The position numbers and the translations under genes were made by a program. Under the pieces are notes generated by a model that saw only the letters and a program-made list of their open reading frames with translations, was not told the DNA's origin and searched no databases. Below, one piece after another: positions 1-7,983 of a DNA stretch of 64,000 bases; the first letter of the stretch is position 1; the number at the start of each line of letters is the position of its first letter. The stretch comes from Candidatus Entotheonellaceae bacterium (GTDB taxonomy: Bacteria; Tectomicrobia; Entotheonellia; Entotheonellales; Entotheonellaceae), in contig OZ250173.1 of the NCBI GenBank assembly GCA_965238075.1, forward strand, positions 683,145 through 747,144. The letters run 5' to 3'.

Positions 1-1
1 T

Positions 2-403
2 CGGCGCGCCATGGGGCGGCATTGGCGCGACCTGAGCGCAGACCAGCGGCAGGAATTCGTCGCCCTGTTCAGCGACCTGCTGGAACGTTCATACGTCGGC
101 AAAATCGAGGGCACCGGGGCCGGCAGTCAGGTCGCCTACCCCAAGGAAACGATTGATGACGAGGGCTTTGCCTCGGTCCTGACCGTGATTACCAATCGCC
201 TGGGGTCACAGGTGGAGGTCGAATACCGCCTGCTGCAGCGCGGCGGCAACACGCCCTGGGTGGTGTACGATATGGTCATCGAAGGCGTCAGCCTGATCAA
301 CAACTACCGCACCCAGTTCAACAACATCATCCATCGAACGTCCTACGACGGCCTCGTCAAACAGCTGCGCCTCAAACAGGAGCAGGAAGAAGCGACGGAT
401 TGA
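2..403 (+). CDS. mlaC: MlaC/Ttg2D-family periplasmic lipid-binding protein, C-terminal part (gene starts upstream of window)
   Basis: Frame is open to the window edge. FVALFSDLLERSYV...WVVYDMVIEGVSLINNYRTQF is the conserved core of toluene-tolerance Ttg2D/MlaC proteins. Confidence 0.7.
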   Translation, partial: RRAMGRHWRDLSADQRQEFVALFSDLLERSYVGKIEGTGAGSQVAYPKETIDDEGFASVLTVITNRLGSQVEVEYRLLQRGGNTPWVVYDMVIEGVSLINNYRTQFNNIIHRTSYDGLVKQLRLKQEQEEATD

Positions 404-408
404 CAAGC

Positions 409-1095
409 ATGACGGCGCCACGATTCAAACCGGCATTCTTTGACTTCCTGCGTGAGTTGAAGGCCAACAACGAGCGGTCGTGGTTCGAGGCCAACAAGGC
501 ACGTTACCACGCTGACGTGCGCGATCCGATGCTCGATTTCATCGCCGCCTTCGCCGAGCCGCTCGCCGACATCAGTCCGCACTTCGTTGCCGACCCGCGA
601 GCCAACGGCGGCTCCCTCTTCAGAATCTACCGCGACACCCGCTTCTCCCCGGACAAAACACCCTACAAGACCAACGCCGGGGCTCATTTCCGCCACGTCG
701 CAGGCAAGGACGCGCACGCCCCCGGCTTCTATCTCCACCTGGAGCCAGACTCGTGTTTTGCCGCCTGCGGCATCTGGCATCCGGACGGTGAGGCATTGGC
801 CAGTATCCGCAATGCCATCGTTGAGAACCCCGCCGACTGGACGCGTATCACCCAGGCGAAAGCCTTCCGCGAAACATTCAAGCTGATGGGTCAGTCCCTG
901 AAGCGCCCACCGCGGGGTTACGACGCCGCCCATCCCTTGATCGACGACTTGAAGCGCAAGGACTTCATCGCGGGAGCGGTGTTCCGCGAAGCCGACGCCA
1001 TCCGACCCGATTTCCTCCAGCGCTTTGCCCAAATCGCGCGGCGCGGCGGCGCGTTCGTCGGCTTCCTGTCGCGGACGGTTGGGGTGCCGTTTTAG
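409..1095 (+). CDS. DUF2461 / TIGR02453-family protein
   Basis: FFDFLRELKANNERSWFEANKARY...FRIYRDTRFSPDKTPYKT is the family signature. The ATG at 409 follows the mlaC stop; an alternative TTG lies at 400. Confidence 0.85.
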   Translation: MTAPRFKPAFFDFLRELKANNERSWFEANKARYHADVRDPMLDFIAAFAEPLADISPHFVADPRANGGSLFRIYRDTRFSPDKTPYKTNAGAHFRHVAGKDAHAPGFYLHLEPDSCFAACGIWHPDGEALASIRNAIVENPADWTRITQAKAFRETFKLMGQSLKRPPRGYDAAHPLIDDLKRKDFIAGAVFREADAIRPDFLQRFAQIARRGGAFVGFLSRTVGVPF

Positions 1096-1157
1096 GGGGG
1101 AGTGCCAGAAAGTGTGGGGCAATTGCAGATCTACGCGGGTGATGGCATAAAGTCCGT

Positions 1158-1715
1158 ATGGCCAGCCTGGAAGAATCCACCAGCCTTGTCCAACTGAAGG
1201 TCCGGCTGCTGGGCATCAGCCCCATGATATGGCGACGGTTGCTTGTACCCGCATCCGTGTCGCTGCGGGAGTTGCACGGCATCTTGCAGGTGAGCATGGG
1301 CTGCGAGGGCATTCACCTCTGCTACTTCGACATTCATGCCGTGCACGACGGCTCCTTCGAGTTGTCTACCCAAAGCCCGGACATTGCCCTTTCCCGGTTC
1401 CAGTATCGCGAGAGTGACCGTTTCGCCTACCTCGACGACATGGGCGACTACTGGGAGCACGAGGTCATCGTGCTCGGCAAGGGACGTGATCGGCACGACG
1501 CGACCGGCCTGTCAATCGCCGAGGCCCAAGCTGAAGCGTTCTGCGCCTCCAGATCCGTCTGCCCCGGTTGTAGACGCCGGTTGTGCCGCAAGGGCAGCCG
1601 CTCCATCCGCTACCGCACGGTCTTCGTGATATCCCGGTCACCAGCCCGCGGTATTACCAAGGTGCCTGCCACGGCCATCGTCCCAAGACCTTCAGCCCCC
1701 TGCACGATGTCCTGA
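1158..1715 (+). CDS. pRiA4b ORF-3-like (PF07929-type) domain protein; the C-terminal tail is probably non-native
   Basis: LVQLKVRLLGISPMIWRRLLVPASVSLRELHGILQVSMGCEG...YLDDMGDYWEHEVIV matches the plasmid pRiA4b ORF-3 / IS-passenger domain. The sequence after ~aa 115 is low-complexity and overlaps the transposase fragment. Confidence 0.55.
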   Translation: MASLEESTSLVQLKVRLLGISPMIWRRLLVPASVSLRELHGILQVSMGCEGIHLCYFDIHAVHDGSFELSTQSPDIALSRFQYRESDRFAYLDDMGDYWEHEVIVLGKGRDRHDATGLSIAEAQAEAFCASRSVCPGCRRRLCRKGSRSIRYRTVFVISRSPARGITKVPATAIVPRPSAPCTMS

Positions 1716-2347
1716 AGGAGCAGGGAAGGCAGGAAAACCAGCCCGTCACCTTCCTGACCGACGGTGGCGATACGCTGAGGACCATGGCGCAATACATGGC
1801 CCCAGCGTCCGAGCACCTGCTGGACTGCTTCCACATCACCATGCGCATCACCGTCATGCGCCAGTATATCAAGGGACTCAGCCATGCAAATCCCGGTGGC
1901 GGGGAAGCCGTGGACCGTCTCCTGCGCCAGATCAAAGGCTACCTGTGGAACGGCAACCTCCATGACGGCCGGCGTGCGATCGAGGGACTTGTCATGGAAT
2001 TGGAAGGCATCGAGACGGACTATGCGGGCATTAAGGCGCAGCGAAAAGCTGCTGGCGAGTTCGATACCTACATCCGCAACAACGCGGGCATGATCCCCAA
2101 TTACGCCGAGCGGAGACGCTGCGGTGAGCGGGTCTCCACCGGGTTTGTGGAGAGTGCCATCAACACGGTTGTCGGCAAACGGTTTGACAAGCGTCAGCAG
2201 ATGCGTTGCTCGAAAGCCGGCGAGCATCTCATGCTGCAGGCCCGGACGCGAACCCTTGACGGCATGCTGCGGGGGAAATTCGAGCAGTGGTACCCAGGAC
2301 TGAAGGCCGGAGACAGGGCAGCTGAAGCTGAACCATGCGCTGTCTGA
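1583..2347 (+). pseudogene. ISKra4-family DDE transposase, C-terminal fragment (5'-truncated)
   Basis: FLTDGGDTL...LLDCFHITMRI...YIRNNAGMIPNYAERRRCGERVSTGFVESAINTVVGKRFDKRQQMRCSKAGEHLMLQARTRTLDG is the C-terminal half of ISKra4-type transposases. The N-terminal half is absent and I identified no inverted repeats. Confidence 0.6.
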
Positions 2348-2394
2348 TTGCCCCACAGTTTTGGTACTCCCGCTTGAACGGGGGCCATGAGGGA

Positions 2395-2562
2395 TTCCCA
2401 TTCCGCGACTGTCCGCTGTTGCATCTCCCTGATCCTCCCAAGCCCCCCGGTTCAACGTCAGATGACGCCGCCGCTGGTGTCCTTGATCAGACCTTGCCTC
2501 TATAATCCACGGCCTCTAATTCGTACGATCAACACAACCACGACAGTGTGAAGGAGCTGAGC
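2395..2562 (+). repeat. Duplicated leader/promoter unit, copy 0 (upstream of paralog 1)
   Basis: ttcccattccgcgactgtccgctgttgcatctccctgatcctccc...ggtgtccttgatcagacctt.cc.ctataat...gtgaaggag.tgagcATG recurs nearly unchanged upstream of all three paralogs. Confidence 0.85.
2501..2506 (+). promoter_or_regulatory. Candidate -10 box (TATAAT) of paralog 1
   Basis: Perfect TATAAT ~57 nt upstream of the ATG, conserved in all three units. There is no convincing -35, and the RBS GAAGGAG lies 6-7 nt before the ATG. Confidence 0.3.
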
Positions 2563-3477
2563 ATGACACGACTCATGAAGGCCCTGGTATTGACGGTGCT
2601 GTGCGGTGGTCTCGTCCTCAAGGCGGCCCTGCCAGCTACGGCGCAAACCCCGAGCCAGCTGCAAGCCCAGATTAACGCGCTGCAAGCCCAGAATAATACG
2701 CTGCAAGCCGATATTACGGCGCTACAGTCCAAGATTGCTACCCTGCAAAGCCTGATTAACGGCGTGGCAGCGGGCATTCCCGACTGCATGACCACGGCGT
2801 CGGGAGCGGGGTCGGTCGACGATGTCGTCTTTACAGGCTGCAACGTGCATGTGCAAAACGGCCAAGGAGGCACCGATATCAGCAATGGCGTCGGCAATCT
2901 GATCATTGGCTACAATGAGACTGGTGGCTCCCTCGCCCGCAGCGGCTCGCATAATGTGGTGATTGGTCCTGAGCACAGCTATTCGGGTTATGGCGGTTTG
3001 GTGGCGGGCTTTGACAACACGGTGAGCGGGGCGTTTGCCAGCGTCAGCGGCGGTAACGGCAACACGGCCAGCGGCGATTATGCCAGCGTCAGCGGCGGCG
3101 CTTTTAGTGAGGCCAGCGGCTTTGCTGCCAGCATCAGCGGCGGTTGGGACAACGAGGCCAGCGGCGATTATGCCAGCGTCAGCGGCGGTAGCACCAACAA
3201 GGCCAGCGCCCCCTATGCCAGCGTCAGCGGCGGCAAAAACAATGAGGCCAGCGGCGAGTATACCAGCGTCAGCGGCGGTGGCAGCAACACGGCCAGCGGC
3301 TCTCGGGCCAGCGTCAGCGGCGGTAAGGACAACGAGGCCAGAGGCTCTCGGTCCAGCGTCAGCGGCGGTAACGGCAACAGGGCCAGCGGCATTGCTGCCA
3401 GCGTCAGCGGCGGCAGTTATCGGAGGGTTACCGGGATGTATCACTGGAAGGCCGGTGGGCTCTTCCAGGCCCATTAA
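2563..3477 (+). CDS. Secreted repeat protein, paralog 1 (signal peptide, Q/L/A coiled coil, one Cys-containing head module, 15-residue ASVSGGxxNxASGxx repeats)
   Basis: MTRLMKALVLTVLCGGLVLKAALPATAQ is a signal peptide with an AxA site. QLQAQINALQAQNNTLQADITALQSKIATLQ gives heptads. The head is PDCMTTASGAGSVDDVVFTGCNVHVQNGQG...GNLIIGYNE...GSHNVVIGPEHSYSGYGGLVAG. About 9 x 45-bp coding repeats (gccagcgtcagcggcgg...) follow. The C-terminus is YHWKAGGLFQAH. Confidence 0.8.
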   Translation: MTRLMKALVLTVLCGGLVLKAALPATAQTPSQLQAQINALQAQNNTLQADITALQSKIATLQSLINGVAAGIPDCMTTASGAGSVDDVVFTGCNVHVQNGQGGTDISNGVGNLIIGYNETGGSLARSGSHNVVIGPEHSYSGYGGLVAGFDNTVSGAFASVSGGNGNTASGDYASVSGGAFSEASGFAASISGGWDNEASGDYASVSGGSTNKASAPYASVSGGKNNEASGEYTSVSGGGSNTASGSRASVSGGKDNEARGSRSSVSGGNGNRASGIAASVSGGSYRRVTGMYHWKAGGLFQAH

Positions 3478-3987
3478 CATGGGCCGGCGGGGGTTTTCGG
3501 CGCCTGCAGGGCCCCCGTGCGCGGCGCCGGGCCAAGCGTTTCCCGCCGGACTCCCCAACGATGCCCTGCTTGAGGCGGCAGCGCCGAGCGGCTGTACCGG
3601 CACACCCCCGTCCCTGCAGCCGGCTCCGGGTGCGCTCAGAGAAACCCATTCGGTAGCGACCCCACCCGCTCGTGCAGGCGGCTTCCGAGAGGCCCACGGG
3701 GGCTAGGCTTCACGCCGCTCGCTCCACCCCTCACGAGCCGCCTGAGACCCTGGGCGGATGAGTTAGGAATCCCTACGCGGCGGCGCCGAAGGAGCTTTCG
3801 ATTGGCGCTCGCCGTCGTCTTTCCATTCCGCGACTATCCGCTGTTGCATCTCCCTGATCCTCCCAAACCTCCCGGTTCCATGTCCGATGGTAACGCCGCT
3901 GGTGTCCTTGATCAGACCTTGCCCCTATAATCCATGGCCTCCCATTCGTATGACCAACACAGACACCACAGCGTGAAGGAGTTGAGC
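3478..3987 (+). repeat. Duplicated inter-paralog unit 1 (3' flank plus leader/promoter)
   Basis: Aligns by eye along almost its whole length with 5817-6457. Its two ends also align with 7610-7835 and 2395-2562. Confidence 0.85.
3926..3931 (+). promoter_or_regulatory. Candidate -10 box (TATAAT) of paralog 2
   Basis: Same conserved context as 2501-2506. Confidence 0.3.
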
Positions 3988-5816
3988 ATGACACGACTCA
4001 TGAAGACCCTGATCTTGACGGTGGTTTGCGGTAGCCTCGCCGCCCTGCCGGCGACGGCACAGACCCCGAGCGAGTTGCAAGACCAGATTGACGCGCTACA
4101 AGCCCAGATTACCGCCCTGCAAAACGCATTCCCGGACTGCATGACCACGGCGTCGGGAGCGGGCTCGGTCGACGATGTCATCTTTACGGGCTGCAACGTG
4201 CACGTGCAAAACGGGCAGGGAGAAACCGATAGCAGCAACGGCGTGGGCAATTTGATCATTGGCTACAATGAGGATGATGTCCTCGTTGGCTCCGGCGCTC
4301 CTGCCCGCGGCGGCTCGCATAATATGGTGATTGGCCCTCGGCACAGCTATTCGAGTTATGGCGGTTTGGTGGCGGGCTTTAACAACACGGTGAGCGGGCC
4401 GCATGCCAGCGTCAGCGGCGGTGGGTACACGAGGCCAGCGGCTGGGTCGCCAGCGTCAGCGGCGGTAGCACCAACAAGGCCAGCGAATGGCATGCCAGCG
4501 TCAGCGGCGGTTATGGAAACGAAGCCAGCGGCGCTTATGCCAGCGTCAGCGGCGGTCAGTACAATGAGGCCAGCGGCGATTATGCCAGCGTCATCGGCGG
4601 CAAAAACAATGAGGCCAGCGGCGAGACTGCCAGCGGCGGCGGCAGCAACACGGCCAGCGGCTCTCGGGCCAGTGTCGGCAGCGGTCAATACAATGAGGCC
4701 AGCGGCACTTTTGCCAGCGTCGGCGGCGGTGGCAGCAACACGGCCAGCGGCCATCGGGCCAGGGTCAGTGGCGATACGCTCAACGCGAGCAACATTGCGA
4801 CCAACGCCAGCAACGTTGCCACCAACACCAGCAATGTTGCGACCAATACGGGCAGCATTGCCACCAACGCGAGCAACATTACGACCAACACGGGCAACAT
4901 TACGGCCAATACGGGCACTATTGCCACCAACGCGAGCGACATTGCCACCAACGCGAGCGACATTGCCACCAACACGGGCAACATTACGACCAACACGAGC
5001 GACATTGCCACCAACACGAGCGACATTGCCACCAACACGAGCAACATTGCCACCAACACGAGCAACATTGCTACCAACACGAGCGACATTGCCACCAACA
5101 CGAGCGACATTGCGGATTCATTTGTGCTTCCGGCCTGTATCAATACCGTTGCTGTTTCGGGGCAAGGCGTCGATGATGTGGTCTTTAGCGGCTGCAACGT
5201 GCATGTGCAAAACGGCAGTGGAAGCACCAACAACAGCAATGGCGTCGGCAATCTGATTATTGGCTACAATGAGGATGACGTCCTCATTGGCTCCAATCAT
5301 CCCACCTACGGCGACAATGACCGCGGCGGTTCGCATAATGTGGTGATCGGTCCTGAGCACAGCTATTCGAGTTACGGTGGTTTGGTAGCGGGCTTTTCCA
5401 ACACGGTGAGCGAGAAGTATGCCAGCGTCAGCGGCGGCCATAACAACACGGCCAGCGGGGATTGGGCCAGCGTCAGCGGCGGCCATAACAACACGGCCAA
5501 CGGCAATTCTGCCAGCGTCAGCGGTGGTTTCACCAACACGGCCAGCGGCGCTGCTGCCAGCGTCAGCGGCGGTCATACCAATGAGGCCAGCGGCGATTTT
5601 GCCAGCGTCAACGGCGGCAGAGACAACGAGGCCAGCGACACTGCTGCCAGCGTCAACGGCGGTTATGGCAACGATGCCAGCGAGCAGTATGCCAGCATCA
5701 ACGGCGGCTTATACAACGAGGCCAGCGGCCTTTATGCCAGCGTTAGCGGCGGCTATAACCGGACGGCTTCCGGGCAGTACGACTGGAGGGCCGGTGGGCT
5801 CTTCGAGGACGATTAA
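3988..5816 (+). pseudogene. Secreted repeat protein, paralog 2 (two head modules plus heptad stalk), interrupted by a 1-nt frameshift near 4429-4431
   Basis: The N-terminus MTRLMKTLILTVVCGSLAALPATAQ... is in frame 1 up to ...ASVSGGGY. Expected tac-aac-gag-gcc-agc-ggc reads tac-ac-gag-gcc-agc-ggc. The ASVSGG repeat frame then continues without stops in frame 3 through the heptad block and a second head (PACINTVAVSGQGVDDVVFSGCNVHVQNGSG...) to the stop at 5816. The length is 3n-1, consistent with one missing base. Confidence 0.7.
4782..5117 (+). repeat. 16 x 21-bp in-frame tandem repeat encoding heptads N(A/T)(S/G)(N/D)I(A/T)T (register IATNTSD)
   Basis: aacattgccaccaacacgagc-type units were read directly. 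The block occurs only in paralog 2. The out-of-frame ORF 3934..5256 reads it as TRATLPP repeats. Confidence 0.9.
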
Positions 5817-6457
5817 CGCGGGCCAGCGGGGGGCTTCCGGCGCCTGTAGGGCCCCATGCGCGGCGGCGGGGCAAGCGATTCCCGCCGGCCTCTCTAACGA
5901 TGCCTTGCTTGAGGCGGCAGAGCCGAGCCGGCTGCAGCGGCACACCCCCGTCCCCTGCAGCCGGCTCCGGGTGCGCTCGGAGAAGCCCATGCAGTGACGA
6001 CTCCGCCCGCTCGAGCAGGCGGCTTCCGAGAGGCCCGCGGGGCTGGGCTTCACGCCGCTCGCTTCACCCCTCACGAGCCGCCTGAGACCTTGGACGGATG
6101 AGTTAGGAAGCCCTACGCGATGACGCCGAAGGAGCTTTCGATTGGCGCTCGACGAGAAGCATGACGGCGAGGTCACTGGGCGTCCACCCACGCCCCGCTC
6201 GGCGATAGGGCATCCGGGCGCTGCCGCGGCATGAGCCATTCCATTGTCTGCAACTTCCGGCGGCGGGTGCGGCGTTTCTTGCCGTCGTCTTCCCATTCCG
6301 CGACTGTCCACTGTTGCATCTCCCTGATCCTCCCAAACCCCCCGGTTCAACGTCAGATGGTGACGCCGCTGGTGTCCTTGATCAGACCTTACCTCTATAA
6401 TGCACGGCCTCCCATTCATATGACCAACACAAACACGACAGTGTGAAGGAGTTGAGC
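5817..6457 (+). repeat. Duplicated inter-paralog unit 2 (3' flank plus leader/promoter, with a ~130-nt insertion relative to unit 1)
   Basis: Collinear with 3478-3987 except for extra sequence at about 6150-6285. Confidence 0.85.
6396..6401 (+). promoter_or_regulatory. Candidate -10 box (TATAAT) of paralog 3
   Basis: Same conserved context as 2501-2506. Confidence 0.3.
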
Positions 6458-7609
6458 ATGACCCGACTCATGAAGACCCTGGTATTGACGATGTTGTGCG
6501 GTGGTCTCGCCGCCCTGCCAGCGACGGCGCAGCCCCCGGGCGGCCCGTTGCAGGCCCAGATTAACGCGTTGCAAGCTCAGATGGCCGCCCTACAAGCCCA
6601 GATTGCCGCCCTGCAAAACGCCATCCCGGACTGCATGACCACGGCTTCGGGAGCGGGCTCGGTCGACGATGTCATCTTTATGGGCTGCAACGTGCATGTG
6701 CAAAACGGCCAGGGAAGCACCGCCAGCAGCAACAGCGTCGGCAATCTGATCATTGGCTACAATGAGAGTACTGGCTCCCCCGCCCGCAGCGGCTCGCATA
6801 ATGTGGTGATTGGTCCTCATCACAGCTATTCGAGTTATGGCGGTTTGGTGGCGGGCTACAACAATATAGTGAGCGGGGCGTATGCCAGCGTCAGTGGCGG
6901 CAGAGACAACACGGCCAGCGACTTTTCTGCCAGCGTCGGCGGTGGCAGAGGCAATAAGGCCAGCGGCTGGTATGCCAGTGTCAGCGGCGGTCAGTACAAT
7001 ACGGCCAGCGGCTATTCTGCCAGCGTCATCGGCGGCAAAAACAATGAGGCCAGCGGCGATCATGCCAGCGTCAGCGGCGGCGGCAGCAACACGGCCAGCG
7101 GCTCTCGGGCCAGCATCGGCGGCGGTCAGTACAATGAGGCGAGCGGCACTTTTGCCAGGGTCAGCGGCGGTCACACCAACACAGCCATCGGCCATCGTGC
7201 CATTTCACCTGGGCTTCCGGCCTGTATGGATACCGTTGTTGTTGCGGGGCAGGGCGTCGATGATGTGGTCTTTAGCGGCTGCAACGTGCACGTGCAAAAC
7301 GGCCAGGGAAACACTGATAGCAGCAATGGCGCCGGCAATCTGATCATTGGCTACAATGAGAGTAACAGTGGTGGCTCCCCTGACCGCGATGGCTCGCATA
7401 ATGTGGTGATTGGTTCGCTGCACAGCTATTCGAGTTATGGCGGTTTGGTGGCGGGCTACAACAATACGGTGAGCGGGGCGTATGCCAGCGTCACCGGCGG
7501 TTTCAACAACGAGGCCAGCGGCGATTATGCCAGCGTCAGCGGCGGCCTTAACCGGACGGCTTCCGGGTCTCACAACTGGCGGGCCGGTGGGCTCTCCCAG
7601 TCCGATTAA
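6458..7609 (+). CDS. Secreted repeat protein, paralog 3 (two head modules, no heptad stalk)
   Basis: MTRLMKTLVLTMLCGGLAALPATAQ signal peptide and LQAQINALQAQMAALQAQIAALQ coiled coil. Head 1 is PDCMTTASGAGSVDDVIFMGCNVHVQNGQG and head 2 is PACMDTVVVAGQGVDDVVFSGCNVHVQNGQG. ASVSGG-type 15-mers are present. The C-terminus is HNWRAGGLSQSD. Confidence 0.8.
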   Translation: MTRLMKTLVLTMLCGGLAALPATAQPPGGPLQAQINALQAQMAALQAQIAALQNAIPDCMTTASGAGSVDDVIFMGCNVHVQNGQGSTASSNSVGNLIIGYNESTGSPARSGSHNVVIGPHHSYSSYGGLVAGYNNIVSGAYASVSGGRDNTASDFSASVGGGRGNKASGWYASVSGGQYNTASGYSASVIGGKNNEASGDHASVSGGGSNTASGSRASIGGGQYNEASGTFARVSGGHTNTAIGHRAISPGLPACMDTVVVAGQGVDDVVFSGCNVHVQNGQGNTDSSNGAGNLIIGYNESNSGGSPDRDGSHNVVIGSLHSYSSYGGLVAGYNNTVSGAYASVTGGFNNEASGDYASVSGGLNRTASGSHNWRAGGLSQSD

Positions 7610-7835
7610 CGTGGGCAAGCGGGGGGCTTCCGGGCGCCTGCTTGGCCCCGTGCGCGGCACCGGGCCAAGCGGTTCCCGCCGGTCTCCCCAACGATACCCT
7701 GCTTGAGGCGGCAGCGCCGAGCGGCTGCAGCGGCACACCCTCGTCCCTGCAGCCGGCTGCGGGTGCGGTGTTTCTTACCGTCGTCTTCCCATTCCGCGAC
7801 TATCCGCTGTTGCATCTCCTTGAGCCTTCCGACCC
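7610..7835 (+). repeat. Partial fourth copy of the inter-paralog unit (3' flank joined directly to the leader start, then diverges)
   Basis: Matches the first ~150 nt of the 3' flank and the ttcccattccgcgactatccgctgttgcatctcc segment. It has no TATAAT and no following paralog. Confidence 0.75.
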
Positions 7836-7983
7836 ACCCGATTCTATGAGGACTTCTAAAGAGTCGCCTAAGCTGGAGGCTAGGAACTTGGCTCGCCTTG
7901 CGCAACCCTCTAGGCGGAGGCGATGACGGCGCGCCTCTCGTACGGACCGGCACGGGGGTCACCCACGGCTCGCGGGCAACGCC

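Noticed and set aside
4782-5117. Regularly spaced 21-bp repeats that could be mistaken for a CRISPR array.
   Set aside because: The units are contiguous with no spacers. They lie in frame inside a coding region (heptads), and no cas genes are present.
2722-7738. Long alternative-frame and antisense ORFs across the paralog repeats (for example 2722..3603 -, 3035..3706 +, 4356..4754 -, 4685..5251 -, 5419..5997 +, 6590..7195 -, 6882..7343 +, 7205..7738 -).
   Set aside because: They are Ala/Pro/Arg/Thr low-complexity read-throughs of the 45-bp and 21-bp GC-rich coding repeats. The ASVSGG frame has the signal peptide, RBS and conserved modules.
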